In this document: in pieces, positions 22,409-33,367 of the stretch
Layout: each line of letters starts with the position of its first letter
Numbering within the stretch: position 1 is the stretch's first letter
Assembly (NCBI RefSeq): GCF_055900595.2
Contig: NZ_CM148325.1
Length of the DNA: 64,000 nucleotides
Direction: 5' to 3' (one strand)
The notes under the pieces: generated by a model
What the model saw: only the letters and a program-made list of their open reading frames with translations
Database searches by the model: none
Told to the model about the DNA's origin: nothing
Program-made: the position numbers and the translations under genes

Positions 22409-23250
22409 TTGAGAACCGTCCGTGGCTGACAATATTCAGCCATACCATGCTGATCCTCGGGATCGCGGTGATCCTCTTCCCGTTGTACGTGGCGTTTGTC
22501 GCGGCGACGCTGGATAAACAGGCCGTCTACGCCGCGCCGATGACGCTCATCCCCGGCACGCATCTGTTGGAAAACATCCACAACATCTGGGTGAACGGGG
22601 TAGGCACAAATAGCGCGCCGTTCTGGCGGATGTTGCTTAACAGCTTCGTGATGGCGTTCAGCATTACGCTCGGCAAAATTACCGTCTCGATGCTCTCGGC
22701 ATTTGCCATTGTCTGGTTTCGTTTTCCGCTGCGTAACCTCTTCTTCTGGATGATTTTTATCACCCTGATGCTGCCAGTTGAAGTGCGTATCTTCCCGACA
22801 GTAGAAGTCATCGCCAATCTGAATATGCTCGACAGCTACGCTGGTTTAACGCTGCCGCTGATGGCCTCGGCAACCGCTACCTTCCTGTTCCGCCAGTTCT
22901 TTATGACGCTACCGGATGAGCTGGTGGAAGCGGCGCGGATCGACGGTGCGTCACCAATGCGTTTCTTTTGCGACATCGTTTTCCCGCTGTCGAAAACCAA
23001 TCTGGCGGCGCTGTTTGTGATCACTTTTATTTACGGCTGGAACCAGTATTTGTGGCCGTTGTTGATTATTACCGACGTTGATCTCGGCACCACCGTGGCA
23101 GGAATCAAAGGGATGATCGCTACAGGCGAAGGCACCACGGAATGGAATTCGGTGATGGCGGCGATGTTGTTAACGCTTATCCCTCCGGTGGTGATTGTTT
23201 TAGTGATGCAGCGTGCCTTCGTGCGCGGCCTGGTCGATAGTGAGAAATAA
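22405..23250 (+). CDS. ugpE: sn-Glycerol-3-phosphate ABC permease
   Basis: 281 aa; 4-nt overlap with ugpA. Confidence 0.95.
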
Positions 23251-23251
23251 G

Positions 23252-24322
23252 ATGGCAGGACTGAAATTACAGGCAGTAACCAAAAGCTGGGATGGCAAAA
23301 CCCAGGTCATTAAACCGCTGACCCTTGATGTGGCGGATGGCGAATTTATCGTGATGGTCGGGCCGTCTGGCTGCGGGAAATCCACGCTGCTGCGCATGGT
23401 TGCCGGGCTGGAGCGGGTCACCGAAGGCGATATCTGGATTAACGACCAACGCGTGACCGAAATGGAGCCGAAAGATCGCGGGATTGCGATGGTGTTCCAG
23501 AACTACGCTCTTTATCCGCATATGAGTGTCGAAGAAAACATGGCGTGGGGGCTGAAAATTCGCGGCATGGGCAAGCAACAAATTGCCGAACGTGTTAAAG
23601 AAGCGGCGCGTATTCTGGAGCTGGATGGCCTGCTCAAGCGTCGTCCGCGTGAGCTTTCTGGCGGTCAGCGTCAGCGTGTAGCGATGGGCCGTGCGATTGT
23701 GCGCGATCCGGCGGTGTTCCTGTTTGATGAGCCGCTCTCTAACCTCGATGCCAAGCTGCGCGTGCAGATGCGCCTTGAGCTGCAACAACTGCACCGTCGC
23801 CTGAAAACGACTTCACTCTACGTTACTCACGATCAGGTTGAGGCGATGACGCTCGCTCAGCGGGTAATGGTGATGAACGGCGGCATTGCTGAACAGATTG
23901 GCACACCAGTTGAAGTCTACGAAAAGCCCGCCAGCCTGTTTGTGGCGAGTTTTATCGGTAGTCCGGCGATGAATCTGCTGACAGGCCGCGTGAATAACGA
24001 TGGCACGCATTTCGAACTGGATGGGGGGATGGCGCTACCGCTAAACGGTGGCTACCGTCAGTATGCCGGACGTAAAATGACTCTTGGCATTCGCCCGGAA
24101 CATATTGCGTTAAGCTCGCAGGCAGAAGGTGGCATACCGCTGGTGATGGACACGCTGGAGATCCTCGGCGCAGATAACCTGGCGCACGGACGCTGGGGCG
24201 AACAGAAGCTGGTGGTGCGACTGGCGCATCAGGAGCGCCCGACGGCAGGCAGCACGCTGTGGCTGCATCTGCCGGAAAATCAGCTGCATCTTTTTGATGG
24301 TGAAACAGGACAACGAGTATGA
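23252..24322 (+). CDS. ugpC: sn-Glycerol-3-phosphate ABC ATPase
   Basis: Start at internal Met MAGLKLQAV; Walker [10 protein letters not shown]; MalK-like C-terminal domain. Confidence 0.95.
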   Translation: MAGLKLQAVTKSWDGKTQVIKPLTLDVADGEFIVMVGPSGCGKSTLLRMVAGLERVTEGDIWINDQRVTEMEPKDRGIAMVFQNYALYPHMSVEENMAWGLKIRGMGKQQIAERVKEAARILELDGLLKRRPRELSGGQRQRVAMGRAIVRDPAVFLFDEPLSNLDAKLRVQMRLELQQLHRRLKTTSLYVTHDQVEAMTLAQRVMVMNGGIAEQIGTPVEVYEKPASLFVASFIGSPAMNLLTGRVNNDGTHFELDGGMALPLNGGYRQYAGRKMTLGIRPEHIALSSQAEGGIPLVMDTLEILGADNLAHGRWGEQKLVVRLAHQERPTAGSTLWLHLPENQLHLFDGETGQRV

Positions 24323-25062
24323 GTAACTGGCCTTATCCCCGCATCGTCGCCCACCGTGGCGGCGGTAAACTGGCCCCGGAAAACACCCTGGCGGCAATCG
24401 ACGTTGGGGCAAAATACGGTCATAAGATGATCGAATTTGACGCGAAGTTATCGAAAGATGGTGAGATCTTCCTGCTGCATGACGATAATCTCGAGCGTAC
24501 CAGCAATGGTTGGGGCGTCGCGGGCGAACTGAACTGGCAGGATTTACTGCGCGTGGATGCAGGCAGTTGGTACAGCAAAGCGTTTAAAGGTGAGCCGCTG
24601 CCGTTGCTTTCTCAGGTGGCGGAACGCTGTCGCGAACACGGGATGATGGCGAATATCGAAATCAAACCCACCACTGGCACAGGTCCATTAACGGGCAAAA
24701 TGGTATCGCTGGCGGCGCGCGAACTGTGGGCTGGTATGACGCCGCCGCTGCTGTCATCGTTTGAGATTGATGCTTTAGAAGCCGCGCAACAGGCTGCACC
24801 GGAACTGCCGCGCGGTTTGTTGCTGGATGAGTGGCGCGACGACTGGCGCGAACTGACCACGCGGCTGGGCTGCGTCTCTATTCATCTCAATCATAAGTTG
24901 CTCGATAAAGCGCGAGTGATGCAGTTGAAAGACGCTGGATTACGGATTCTGGTTTATACCGTCAACAAACCCCAGCGCGCGGCAGAGTTGCTGCGCTGGG
25001 GCGTGGATTGCATCTGTACCGATGCGATTGATGTGATTGGCCCGAACTTTACGGCCCAATAG
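24319..25062 (+). CDS. ugpQ: Glycerophosphodiester phosphodiesterase
   Basis: 247 aa; HRG motif (IVAHRGGG). Confidence 0.95.
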   Translation: MSNWPYPRIVAHRGGGKLAPENTLAAIDVGAKYGHKMIEFDAKLSKDGEIFLLHDDNLERTSNGWGVAGELNWQDLLRVDAGSWYSKAFKGEPLPLLSQVAERCREHGMMANIEIKPTTGTGPLTGKMVSLAARELWAGMTPPLLSSFEIDALEAAQQAAPELPRGLLLDEWRDDWRELTTRLGCVSIHLNHKLLDKARVMQLKDAGLRILVYTVNKPQRAAELLRWGVDCICTDAIDVIGPNFTAQ

Positions 25063-25489
25063 TTTTCAACGGAATATCAGGCTGCGGCGTGCTGGGCTGA
25101 TTCAGCATGTCGCCGTTTCTCCTCTCCGGCAACATATGCTGCTGATTCAACGAACTATCCGGATTACGGTTGCTGTTTAACATCCCGCCGTTGGTGTTGG
25201 GCAGCATTTGCTGCCGGGCGGGATTTAGCTCCCCCGGCTGTGACTGCAATACCCGCTGCGAGTTGCTATTAAGCTGATTTTCTAAATGCTGCTGTTGCAA
25301 CTGCGTTTGCGTTTTCAGTTGCTGATTCAGCATCCCTTTTTGCTGGATTTGCTGCGTTTGCATTTGAGTTTGCATTCGCTGCTGGCTGGGGATCTGATAC
25401 CCCGGCTGGTTAGGGTTGTTCAGAGTATTAATGGGCTGTGCAAAGCCGACAAAAGGCAGGAGTGCCGTCAAAAGCAGAAGTCGTTTCAT
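25049..25489 (-). CDS. yhhA: Secreted Gln/Asn-rich protein YhhA (DUF2756)
   Basis: 146 aa, signal peptide, low-complexity Q-rich body. Confidence 0.85.
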   Translation of the reverse strand: MKRLLLLTALLPFVGFAQPINTLNNPNQPGYQIPSQQRMQTQMQTQQIQQKGMLNQQLKTQTQLQQQHLENQLNSNSQRVLQSQPGELNPARQQMLPNTNGGMLNSNRNPDSSLNQQHMLPERRNGDMLNQPSTPQPDIPLKTIGP

Positions 25490-25608
25490 CGCGTATCCTT
25501 CTCTGAAGATATTCTTTAAGTTTACTCCTTTCCTGCAATCATCAGGATTAATTCAGAGTTATATACCAGGCTTAGCTGGGGTTGCCCCTTAATCTCTGGA
25601 GTATAACG

Positions 25609-27354
25609 ATGATAAAACCGACGTTTTTACGCCGGGTGGCTATTGCTGCTCTGCTCACAGGAAGTTGTTTTAGTGCTGTCGCCGCGCCACCTGCGCCGCC
25701 GCCAGTCTCGTATGGCGTGGAGGAGGATGTCTTCCATCCGGTACGCGCGAAGCAGGGGATGGTAGCATCTGTGGACGCCACTGCCACTCAGGTGGGGGTA
25801 GATATCCTTAAGCAGGGCGGGAATGCCGTTGATGCTGCCGTGGCAGTGGGCTACGCGCTGGCGGTAACGCATCCGCAGGCAGGGAATCTGGGCGGCGGCG
25901 GTTTTATGCTGATCCGCACTAAAGATGGCAATACCACCGCCATCGATTTCCGCGAAATGGCACCCGCCAAAGCGACCCGCGATATGTTCCTTGATGATCA
26001 GGGCAACCCGGACAGCAAAAAATCTCTCACTTCGCATCTTGCTTCTGGCACACCCGGTACGGTAGCGGGCTTCTCGTTGGCGCTGGAGAAATACGGCACC
26101 ATGCCGCTGAACAAAGTTGTGCAGCCCGCGTTTAAACTGGCACGCGATGGTTTTATCGTTAACGATGCGCTGGCAGACGATCTCAAAACCTACGGCAGTG
26201 AAGTGCTACCAAATCACGAAAACAGCAAAGCTATCTTCTGGAAAGAGGGCGAACCGCTGAAAAAGGGCGACAAGCTGGCACAGACGAATCTGGCAAAGAG
26301 TCTGGAGATGATTGCCGAAAACGGCCCGGATGAATTCTACAAAGGCACGATAGCGGAACAGATCGCCCTGGAGATGCAGAAAAACGGTGGCTTGATCACT
26401 AAAGAAGATTTAGCGGCCTATAAAGCGGTCGAACGTACACCAATAAGTGGCGATTATCGCGGGTATCAGGTTTACTCCATGCCACCGCCATCCTCCGGCG
26501 GGATTCATATCGTGCAGATCCTCAATATTCTGGAAAACTTCGATATGCAGAAATACGGCTTTGGCAGCGCCGACGCGATGCAAATCATGGCAGAAGCGGA
26601 GAAACATGCCTACGCCGATCGCTCGGAATATCTTGGCGACCCGGATTTTGTCAAAGTACCGTGGCAGGCGCTGACCAATAAAGCCTATGCCAAATCTATT
26701 GCCGATCAAATCGATATCAATAAAGCGAAGCCATCCAGCGAAATTCGTCCTGGCAAGCTTGCGCCTTATGAGAGTAATCAAACTACCCATTACTCAGTGG
26801 TGGATAAAGACGGTAACGCCGTGGCGGTGACCTATACGCTGAACACCACCTTCGGTACGGGCATTGTCGCGGGCGAGAGCGGTATTTTGCTCAATAACCA
26901 GATGGATGATTTCTCCGCCAAACCGGGCGTACCGAACGTTTACGGGCTGGTGGGCGGCGATGCCAACGCCGTCGGGCCGAATAAACGCCCGCTGTCGTCG
27001 ATGTCACCAACCATTGTGGTCAAGGATGGTAAAACCTGGCTGGTCACCGGAAGCCCAGGCGGTAGCCGGATTATCACCACTGTGCTGCAAATGGTGGTGA
27101 ACAGCATCGATTATGGCATGAATGTCGCCGAAGCGACCAATGCGCCGCGTTTCCACCATCAGTGGTTGCCGGACGAGCTGCGTGTCGAGAAAGGATTTAG
27201 CCCGGATACGCTCAAGCTGCTGGAAGCAAAAGGTCAGAAAGTGGCGCTAAAAGAGGCGATGGGCAGTACGCAAAGTATTATGGTTGGGCCGGACGGTGAG
27301 TTATACGGCGCTTCCGACCCACGTTCGGTAGATGATTTAACGGCCGGGTATTAA
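25609..27354 (+). CDS. ggt: Gamma-glutamyltranspeptidase
   Basis: Start at internal Met MIKPTFLRR (signal peptide); autoprocessing-site region TTHYSVVDKDGNAV. Confidence 0.96.
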   Translation: MIKPTFLRRVAIAALLTGSCFSAVAAPPAPPPVSYGVEEDVFHPVRAKQGMVASVDATATQVGVDILKQGGNAVDAAVAVGYALAVTHPQAGNLGGGGFMLIRTKDGNTTAIDFREMAPAKATRDMFLDDQGNPDSKKSLTSHLASGTPGTVAGFSLALEKYGTMPLNKVVQPAFKLARDGFIVNDALADDLKTYGSEVLPNHENSKAIFWKEGEPLKKGDKLAQTNLAKSLEMIAENGPDEFYKGTIAEQIALEMQKNGGLITKEDLAAYKAVERTPISGDYRGYQVYSMPPPSSGGIHIVQILNILENFDMQKYGFGSADAMQIMAEAEKHAYADRSEYLGDPDFVKVPWQALTNKAYAKSIADQIDINKAKPSSEIRPGKLAPYESNQTTHYSVVDKDGNAVAVTYTLNTTFGTGIVAGESGILLNNQMDDFSAKPGVPNVYGLVGGDANAVGPNKRPLSSMSPTIVVKDGKTWLVTGSPGGSRIITTVLQMVVNSIDYGMNVAEATNAPRFHHQWLPDELRVEKGFSPDTLKLLEAKGQKVALKEAMGSTQSIMVGPDGELYGASDPRSVDDLTAGY

Positions 27355-27361
27355 TATCTTA

Positions 27362-27390
27362 AGCCCTCTCCCGGTAGGTGAGGGCTTTTA
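27362..27390. terminator. Hairpin terminator between convergent ggt and yhhY
   Basis: AGCCCTC ... GAGGGCT followed by TTTTAG. Confidence 0.7.
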
Positions 27391-27403
27391 GATTACAAAT
27401 TCT

Positions 27404-27892
27404 CTATTTCACCCGCGCCATATAATACGCATCGACATATTCACCGTTTCGTAATGCGTACTTCTTGCCAGTCCCTTCAATTTCAAAGCCGAATTTTTTA
27501 TAGACCTTAATTGCTGGCGCGTTATCAACGAACACCGTTAGTTCAATACGATCTACCCGCAACCAGTTGTCGCACATTTCAATCATCTCTCGCATCAGGG
27601 CGCTGGCGACGCCGCGGTTCTTCCAGCGGGAGTCGACACAGATACCAAAGTCGGCAACATGACTGCGGCGTGGGCGTTGCTGTACGTCAATAGTGAGATG
27701 ACCCACGACGTCTCCATCAATACAGGCGACGAGTTGCTTGATGCCGGGACGATCGGCGAGTCGCTCCTGCCACATTGGCTCTGACGGATGAGGCACCTGT
27801 AGCGTGTTGTAATACACCTCCGGTTGGGCGTGAATTTGCCTGATGGCCTCGTAATCCCGTGTTTCTGCGTGGCGTATTACTATCTCACTCAT
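27404..27892 (-). CDS. yhhY: GNAT-family N-acetyltransferase
   Basis: Start at internal Met MSEIVIRHAETRDYEAIRQIH; upstream part of the 188-aa ORF treated as non-coding. Confidence 0.88.
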   Translation of the reverse strand: MSEIVIRHAETRDYEAIRQIHAQPEVYYNTLQVPHPSEPMWQERLADRPGIKQLVACIDGDVVGHLTIDVQQRPRRSHVADFGICVDSRWKNRGVASALMREMIEMCDNWLRVDRIELTVFVDNAPAIKVYKKFGFEIEGTGKKYALRNGEYVDAYYMARVK

Positions 27893-27990
27893 TCCTTTGT
27901 CCTCTTTGGGGTAAATGTCCCTTTCAACATCATTGACTTTCAAATGCGAGTCAAATGCATTTTTTTGCAAAAAGTGTTGGACAAGTGCGA

Positions 27991-28009
27991 ATGAGAATGA
28001 TTATTATTG
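27991..28009 (+). promoter_or_regulatory. Fur box overlapping the ryhB promoter
   Basis: atgagaatgattattattg resembles the GATAATGATAATCATTATC consensus, immediately 5' of RyhB. Confidence 0.7.
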
Positions 28010-28013
28010 TCTC

Positions 28014-28104
28014 GCGATCAGGAAGACCCTCGCGGAGAACCTGAAAGCACGACATTGCTCACATTGCTTCCAGTATTACTTAGCCAGCCGGGTGCTGGCT
28101 TTTT
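28014..28104 (+). ncRNA. ryhB: RyhB small regulatory RNA (iron-sparing, Fur-repressed)
   Basis: Sequence GCGATCAGGAAGACCCTCGCGGAGAACCTGAAAGCACGACATTGCTCACATTGCTTCCAGTATTACTTAGCCAGCCGGGTGCTGGCTTTT recognised; ends in hairpin plus T8 terminator. Confidence 0.93.
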
Positions 28105-28225
28105 TTTTGACCTTTCGTTCTCAATTTATCCACGGGAAGTGCTTGTGTTTGTTATGCGCACTCCTGTAGGAACCACGTCCGCTTTGCGCTAAGGTGTAAC
28201 TAACCACCTTAAAAAGGACGAAATC

Positions 28226-29263
28226 ATGGTCATCAACTGCGCCTTTATTGGCTTTGGTAAAAGCACGACCCGTTACCATTTACCGTATGTACTTAACCGC
28301 AAGGATAGCTGGCATGTCGCGCATATTTTTCGCCGCCATGCGAAGCCGGAAGAACAGGCTCCCATTTATTCCCATATTCATTTCACCAGCGATCTCGACG
28401 AAGTGCTAAACGATCCTGACGTTAAGTTGATTGTCGTCTGCACCCACGCGGACAGCCACTTCGAGTACGCGAAGCGCGCGCTGGAAGCCGGGAAAAATGT
28501 GCTGGTCGAAAAACCGTTCACCCCGACACTTGCGCAGGCGAAAGAGCTGTTTGCGCTGGCGAAAAGTAAAGGGCTGACCGTCACGCCGTATCAGAATCGT
28601 CGCTTTGATTCCTGTTTTCTGACGGCGAAAAAAGCGATTGAAAGCGGCAAGCTGGGAGAGATTGTTGAAGTGGAAAGCCATTTTGACTATTACCGCCCAG
28701 TGGCAGAAACCAAACCTGGACTGCCGCAGGATGGCGCGTTCTATGGCCTTGGTGTGCATACGATGGACCAGATTATCTCGCTGTTCGGTCGCCCGGATCA
28801 CGTCGCTTATGACATCCGCAGCCTGCGTAATAAAGCCAATCCTGACGACACCTTTGAAGCGCAGCTATTTTATGGCGATCTAAAAGCCATCGTCAAAACC
28901 AGCCATCTGGTGAAAATCGATTATCCGAAATTTATCGTTCATGGGAAGAAAGGTTCGTTTATTAAATACGGTATCGACCAGCAGGAAACCAGCCTGAAGG
29001 CTAACATTATGCCCGGCGAACCGGGATTCGCAGCGGATGATTCGGTCGGTGTGCTGGAGTATGTCAATGACGAGGGCGTTACGGTCAGAGAAGAGATGAA
29101 GCCGGAGATGGGCGATTACGGACGCGTTTATGATGCGTTGTACCAAACCATCACCAACGGTGCACCAAATTACGTCAAGGAATCTGAAGTTCTTACCAAT
29201 CTGGAAATCCTTGAACGCGGTTTTGAGCAAGCCTCTCCCTCCACAGTGACTCTTGCGAAGTAA
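28226..29263 (+). CDS. yhhX: Gfo/Idh/MocA-family oxidoreductase
   Basis: 345 aa, N-terminal Rossmann motif, synteny. Confidence 0.9.
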   Translation: MVINCAFIGFGKSTTRYHLPYVLNRKDSWHVAHIFRRHAKPEEQAPIYSHIHFTSDLDEVLNDPDVKLIVVCTHADSHFEYAKRALEAGKNVLVEKPFTPTLAQAKELFALAKSKGLTVTPYQNRRFDSCFLTAKKAIESGKLGEIVEVESHFDYYRPVAETKPGLPQDGAFYGLGVHTMDQIISLFGRPDHVAYDIRSLRNKANPDDTFEAQLFYGDLKAIVKTSHLVKIDYPKFIVHGKKGSFIKYGIDQQETSLKANIMPGEPGFAADDSVGVLEYVNDEGVTVREEMKPEMGDYGRVYDALYQTITNGAPNYVKESEVLTNLEILERGFEQASPSTVTLAK

Positions 29264-29385
29264 GTTTGATGACCTCTCGAATAGTTCAATTTTTTTGAAC
29301 AGAGGGGTCAATTTTCACCCTCTATCATCCCAGGCGGATCGGGTCCACACTAAGCCCATCGAAATCATTCAGGGGGCGAATACAA

Positions 29386-30081
29386 ATGATCTACTTACGC
29401 AAAGCAAATGAACGTGGTCATGCAAATCATGGCTGGCTGGACTCCTGGCATACTTTCTCTTTTGCCAACTATTACGACCCGAACTTTATGGGCTTCTCCG
29501 CGCTGCGCGTGATTAACGACGACGTGATTGAAGCAGGGCAGGGCTTCGGCACTCACCCGCATAAAGATATGGAAATTTTGACCTACGTGCTGGAAGGTAC
29601 TGTTGAGCACCAGGACAGCATGGGCAATAAAGAGCAGGTTCCGGCGGGCGAGTTCCAGATTATGAGTGCGGGTACGGGTATTCGTCACTCAGAGTACAAC
29701 CCAAGCAGCACTGAGCGTCTGCACCTGTATCAGATCTGGATCATGCCAGAAGAAAATGGTATTACGCCGCGTTATGAACAGCGTCGCTTTGATGCCGTAC
29801 AGGGTAAACAGCTGGTGCTCTCGCCGGATGCGCGAGATGGTTCATTGAAAGTGTATCAGGATATGGAACTGTACCGCTGGGCGCTGCTGAAAGATGAGCA
29901 GTCGGTGCATCAGATTGCCGCTGAACGCCGCGTCTGGATCCAGGTGGTGAAAGGTAATGTCACCATTAACGGCGTAAAAGCTTCGATCAGCGATGGTCTG
30001 GCAATCTGGGATGAGCAGGCAATCTCCATCCACGCTGACAGCGACAGCGAAGTGTTACTGTTCGATCTGCCTCCGGTTTAA
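29386..30081 (+). CDS. yhhW: Pirin-like quercetin 2,3-dioxygenase
   Basis: 231 aa, cupin His motif (GFGTHPHKDMEI). Confidence 0.9.
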   Translation: MIYLRKANERGHANHGWLDSWHTFSFANYYDPNFMGFSALRVINDDVIEAGQGFGTHPHKDMEILTYVLEGTVEHQDSMGNKEQVPAGEFQIMSAGTGIRHSEYNPSSTERLHLYQIWIMPEENGITPRYEQRRFDAVQGKQLVLSPDARDGSLKVYQDMELYRWALLKDEQSVHQIAAERRVWIQVVKGNVTINGVKASISDGLAIWDEQAISIHADSDSEVLLFDLPPV

Positions 30082-30304
30082 AACTTAACGGCATTTTTGA
30101 AGCCTGCCTTTTTGCGGGCTTCATCGCTCGCCCCGGTCTCGTGCTAATGTACGCGACCGGGGTTTTGTCGCGTCTTTAGCACAATGCGATGCAATTGATT
30201 TAGTGTATATCTAATAATTATAAACAAGCACTGTTTTCTCCGGGAAGGTTCTGATGCGTCCGTGTTAAACTAAGAGAATCTATCTCTTTTGTACCTTCAG
30301 GACG

Positions 30305-31300
30305 ATGAAAAAGAAAAGACCCGTACTTCAGGATGTGGCTGACCGTGTTGGCGTGACCAAAATGACGGTCAGCCGTTTTTTACGCAACCCGGAGCAGGTT
30401 TCCGTCGCTCTACGTGGCAAGATTGCCGCCGCTCTTGATGAACTGGGTTATATTCCCAATCGCGCACCCGATATCCTCTCTAACGCCACCAGCCGGGCGA
30501 TTGGCGTCCTGTTACCTTCACTCACTAACCAGGTTTTCGCTGAAGTATTACGCGGTATCGAAAGCGTCACCGACGCACACGGTTATCAGACGATGCTGGC
30601 GCACTACGGTTATAAACCGGAAATGGAGCAAGAACGCCTCGAATCAATGCTTTCCTGGAATATCGACGGACTTATTCTCACCGAACGTACCCACACGCCC
30701 CGCACCTTAAAAATGATTGAAGTAGCGGGTATTCCGGTGGTGGAGCTGATGGACAGTAAGTCGCCGTGTCTCGATATCGCCGTCGGTTTTGATAACTTTG
30801 AAGCGGCACGCCAGATGACCACCGCCATTATTGCTCGCGGGCATCGTCACATTGCCTATCTCGGCGCACGCCTCGACGAACGTACTATCATCAAACAGAA
30901 GGGATATGAGCAGGCGATGCTGGATGCAGGCCTGGTGCCGTATAGCGTGATGGTCGAGCAATCTTCTTCTTACTCTTCCGGTATTGAACTGATTCGCCAG
31001 GCGCGGCGGGAATATCCGCAGCTGGATGGCGTATTTTGTACTAATGATGACCTGGCGGTCGGCGCGGCGTTTGAATGTCAGCGTCTGGGGCTGAAAGTTC
31101 CTGACGATATGGCGATTGCCGGTTTCCACGGTCATGACATTGGTCAGGTGATGGAGCCACGGCTGGCGAGCGTGCTGACGCCGCGTGAGCGGATGGGCAG
31201 CATTGGCGCTGAGCGCCTGCTGGCGCGTATTCGTGGCGAATCTGTGACACCGAAAATGTTAGATTTAGGTTTCACCTTGTCACCAGGCGGATCTATTTAA
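30305..31300 (+). CDS. gntR: Gluconate repressor (LacI family)
   Basis: N-terminal HTH (LQDVADRVGVTKMTVSRFL). Confidence 0.95.
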   Translation: MKKKRPVLQDVADRVGVTKMTVSRFLRNPEQVSVALRGKIAAALDELGYIPNRAPDILSNATSRAIGVLLPSLTNQVFAEVLRGIESVTDAHGYQTMLAHYGYKPEMEQERLESMLSWNIDGLILTERTHTPRTLKMIEVAGIPVVELMDSKSPCLDIAVGFDNFEAARQMTTAIIARGHRHIAYLGARLDERTIIKQKGYEQAMLDAGLVPYSVMVEQSSSYSSGIELIRQARREYPQLDGVFCTNDDLAVGAAFECQRLGLKVPDDMAIAGFHGHDIGQVMEPRLASVLTPRERMGSIGAERLLARIRGESVTPKMLDLGFTLSPGGSI

Positions 31301-31378
31301 GCTCACAAATTTGAAGTAGCTCACACTTATACACTTAAGGCACGGATGGATATTGCTTCTGTTTTTGTCCGGCTGGAC

Positions 31379-31408
31379 AATGTTACCGATAACAGTTACC
31401 CGTAACAT
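31379..31408 (+). promoter_or_regulatory. GntR operator region in the gntK promoter
   Basis: Tandem palindromic ATGTTACCGATAACA / GTTACCCGTAACAT motifs about 30 bp upstream of the gntK start. Confidence 0.7.
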
Positions 31409-31439
31409 TTTCTGATTCTTGTATTGTGGGGGCACCACT

Positions 31440-31967
31440 TTGAGCACGACTAACCATGATCACCACATTTACGTCTTGATGGGCGTATCGGGCAGCGGCA
31501 AATCTGCAGTCGCCAGTGAAGTGGCGCATCAACTTCATGCCGCGTTTCTTGATGGCGATTTCCTCCATCCGCGCTGCAATATCGAAAAAATGGCGTCTGG
31601 CGAACCGCTGAACGACGACGATCGCAAACCGTGGTTACAGGCGCTTAACGACGCCGCGTTTGCCATGCAGCGCACCAATAAAGTGTCGCTGATCGTCTGT
31701 TCTGCACTGAAAAAGCACTATCGCGACCTGCTGCGTGAAGGTAATCCGAATCTCTCTTTCATCTACCTGAAAGGCGATTTTGATGTAATTGAAAGCCGTC
31801 TGAAAGCGCGCAAAGGCCATTTCTTTAAAACCCAAATGCTGGTGACGCAGTTTGAAACGCTGCAGGAGCCGGGTGCGGACGAAACCGATGTACTGGTGGT
31901 GGATATCGATCAACCGCTGGAAGGTGTTGTGGCAAGCACCATTGAGGTTATTAATAAAGGCAAATAA
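31440..31967 (+). CDS. gntK: Gluconokinase (thermoresistant)
   Basis: TTG start giving MSTTNHDHHIYVLMGVSGSGKS (P-loop). Confidence 0.93.
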   Translation: MSTTNHDHHIYVLMGVSGSGKSAVASEVAHQLHAAFLDGDFLHPRCNIEKMASGEPLNDDDRKPWLQALNDAAFAMQRTNKVSLIVCSALKKHYRDLLREGNPNLSFIYLKGDFDVIESRLKARKGHFFKTQMLVTQFETLQEPGADETDVLVVDIDQPLEGVVASTIEVINKGK

Positions 31968-31970
31968 GTA

Positions 31971-33311
31971 GTGACTACATTAACGCTTGTTTTAACAGCA
32001 GTAGGGTCTGTTTTACTGCTGCTGTTTTTAGTCATGAAGGCGCGTATGCACGCTTTCCTGGCTTTGATGGTGGTGTCTATGGGGGCTGGCCTTTTTTCCG
32101 GCATGCCGCTCGATAAAATCGCAGCGACGATGGAAAAAGGGATGGGAGGCACCCTCGGCTTCCTGGCGGTAGTTGTCGCCCTGGGAGCCATGTTTGGCAA
32201 GATCTTACATGAAACCGGCGCAGTCGATCAGATTGCCGTCAAAATGCTCAAATCCTTCGGTCACAGTCGTGCGCATTATGCCATTGGCCTTGCGGGTCTG
32301 GTCTGTGCGCTACCGCTGTTCTTTGAAGTGGCGATTGTCCTGTTGATTAGCGTTGCTTTCTCAATGGCGCGCCACACCGGTACGAACCTGGTGAAACTGG
32401 TAATCCCATTATTCGCAGGCGTGGCGGCAGCGGCGGCGTTCCTGGTGCCGGGGCCTGCGCCAATGCTATTGGCATCGCAGATGAACGCTGACTTTGGCTG
32501 GATGATCCTGATTGGCCTGTGTGCGGCAATCCCGGGAATGATTATTGCCGGGCCGCTGTGGGGTAATTTCATCAGCCGCTACGTGGAGCTGCATATTCCT
32601 GACGATATCAGCGAACCGCATCTCGGCGAAGGCAAAATGCCGTCCTTCGGATTCAGCCTGTCGCTGATCCTGCTGCCGCTGGTGCTGGTGGGGCTGAAAA
32701 CCATTGCCGCGCGTTTTGTGCCGGAAGGCTCTACCGCTTACGAATGGTTCGAGTTTATCGGTCATCCGTTTACCGCAATTCTGGTCGCTTGCCTGGTAGC
32801 AATTTACGGCCTGGCGATGCGTCAGGGTATGCCGAAAGACAAAGTGATGGAGATTTGTGGTCACGCGCTGCAACCGGCGGGGATCATTCTGCTGGTGATT
32901 GGTGCAGGCGGCGTGTTCAAACAGGTGCTGGTTGACTCTGGCGTAGGTCCGGCACTGGGCGAAGCGTTAACCGGCATGGGCCTGCCGATTGCCATCACCT
33001 GCTTTGTGCTGGCTGCGGCGGTGCGTATCATTCAGGGTTCTGCCACCGTTGCCTGTTTAACGGCGGTGGGACTGGTGATGCCGGTTATTGAACAACTGAA
33101 CTACTCCGGTGCGCAAATGGCGGCGCTGTCGATTTGTATCGCCGGTGGTTCGATTGTTGTCAGCCACGTTAACGACGCCGGTTTCTGGTTGTTCGGTAAA
33201 TTTACCGGCGCGACCGAAGCCGAAACGCTGAAAACCTGGACCATGATGGAAACCATCCTCGGCACCGTTGGTGCCATCGTCGGGATGATTGCGTTCCAGC
33301 TGTTGAGTTAA
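31971..33311 (+). CDS. gntU: Low-affinity gluconate transporter
   Basis: GTG start, 446-aa GntP-family permease. Confidence 0.94.
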   Translation: MTTLTLVLTAVGSVLLLLFLVMKARMHAFLALMVVSMGAGLFSGMPLDKIAATMEKGMGGTLGFLAVVVALGAMFGKILHETGAVDQIAVKMLKSFGHSRAHYAIGLAGLVCALPLFFEVAIVLLISVAFSMARHTGTNLVKLVIPLFAGVAAAAAFLVPGPAPMLLASQMNADFGWMILIGLCAAIPGMIIAGPLWGNFISRYVELHIPDDISEPHLGEGKMPSFGFSLSLILLPLVLVGLKTIAARFVPEGSTAYEWFEFIGHPFTAILVACLVAIYGLAMRQGMPKDKVMEICGHALQPAGIILLVIGAGGVFKQVLVDSGVGPALGEALTGMGLPIAITCFVLAAAVRIIQGSATVACLTAVGLVMPVIEQLNYSGAQMAALSICIAGGSIVVSHVNDAGFWLFGKFTGATEAETLKTWTMMETILGTVGAIVGMIAFQLLS

Positions 33312-33319
33312 GTTTGTTC

Positions 33320-33353
33320 GCCCGGTAGTTGTGACGCTACCGGGCTCTTTTCG
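33320..33353. terminator. Hairpin terminator between convergent gntU and yhgN
   Basis: GCCCGGTAG-ttgtgacg-CTACCGGGC followed by TCTTTTCG. Confidence 0.75.
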
Positions 33354-33367
33354 AAAAACTCTCCTCG

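Noticed and set aside
15203-24322. 4-nt and 1-nt start/stop overlaps in the liv, ugp and glg operons
   Set aside because: Ordinary translational coupling in polycistronic operons; not unusual.
25049-25489. Gln/Asn-rich low-complexity secreted protein
   Set aside because: Recognised as YhhA (DUF2756), present in K-12; not novel.
28007-28192. 61-aa ORF overlapping RyhB
   Set aside because: The region is the RyhB sRNA and its terminator; the ORF begins at a non-ATG codon and has no SD.
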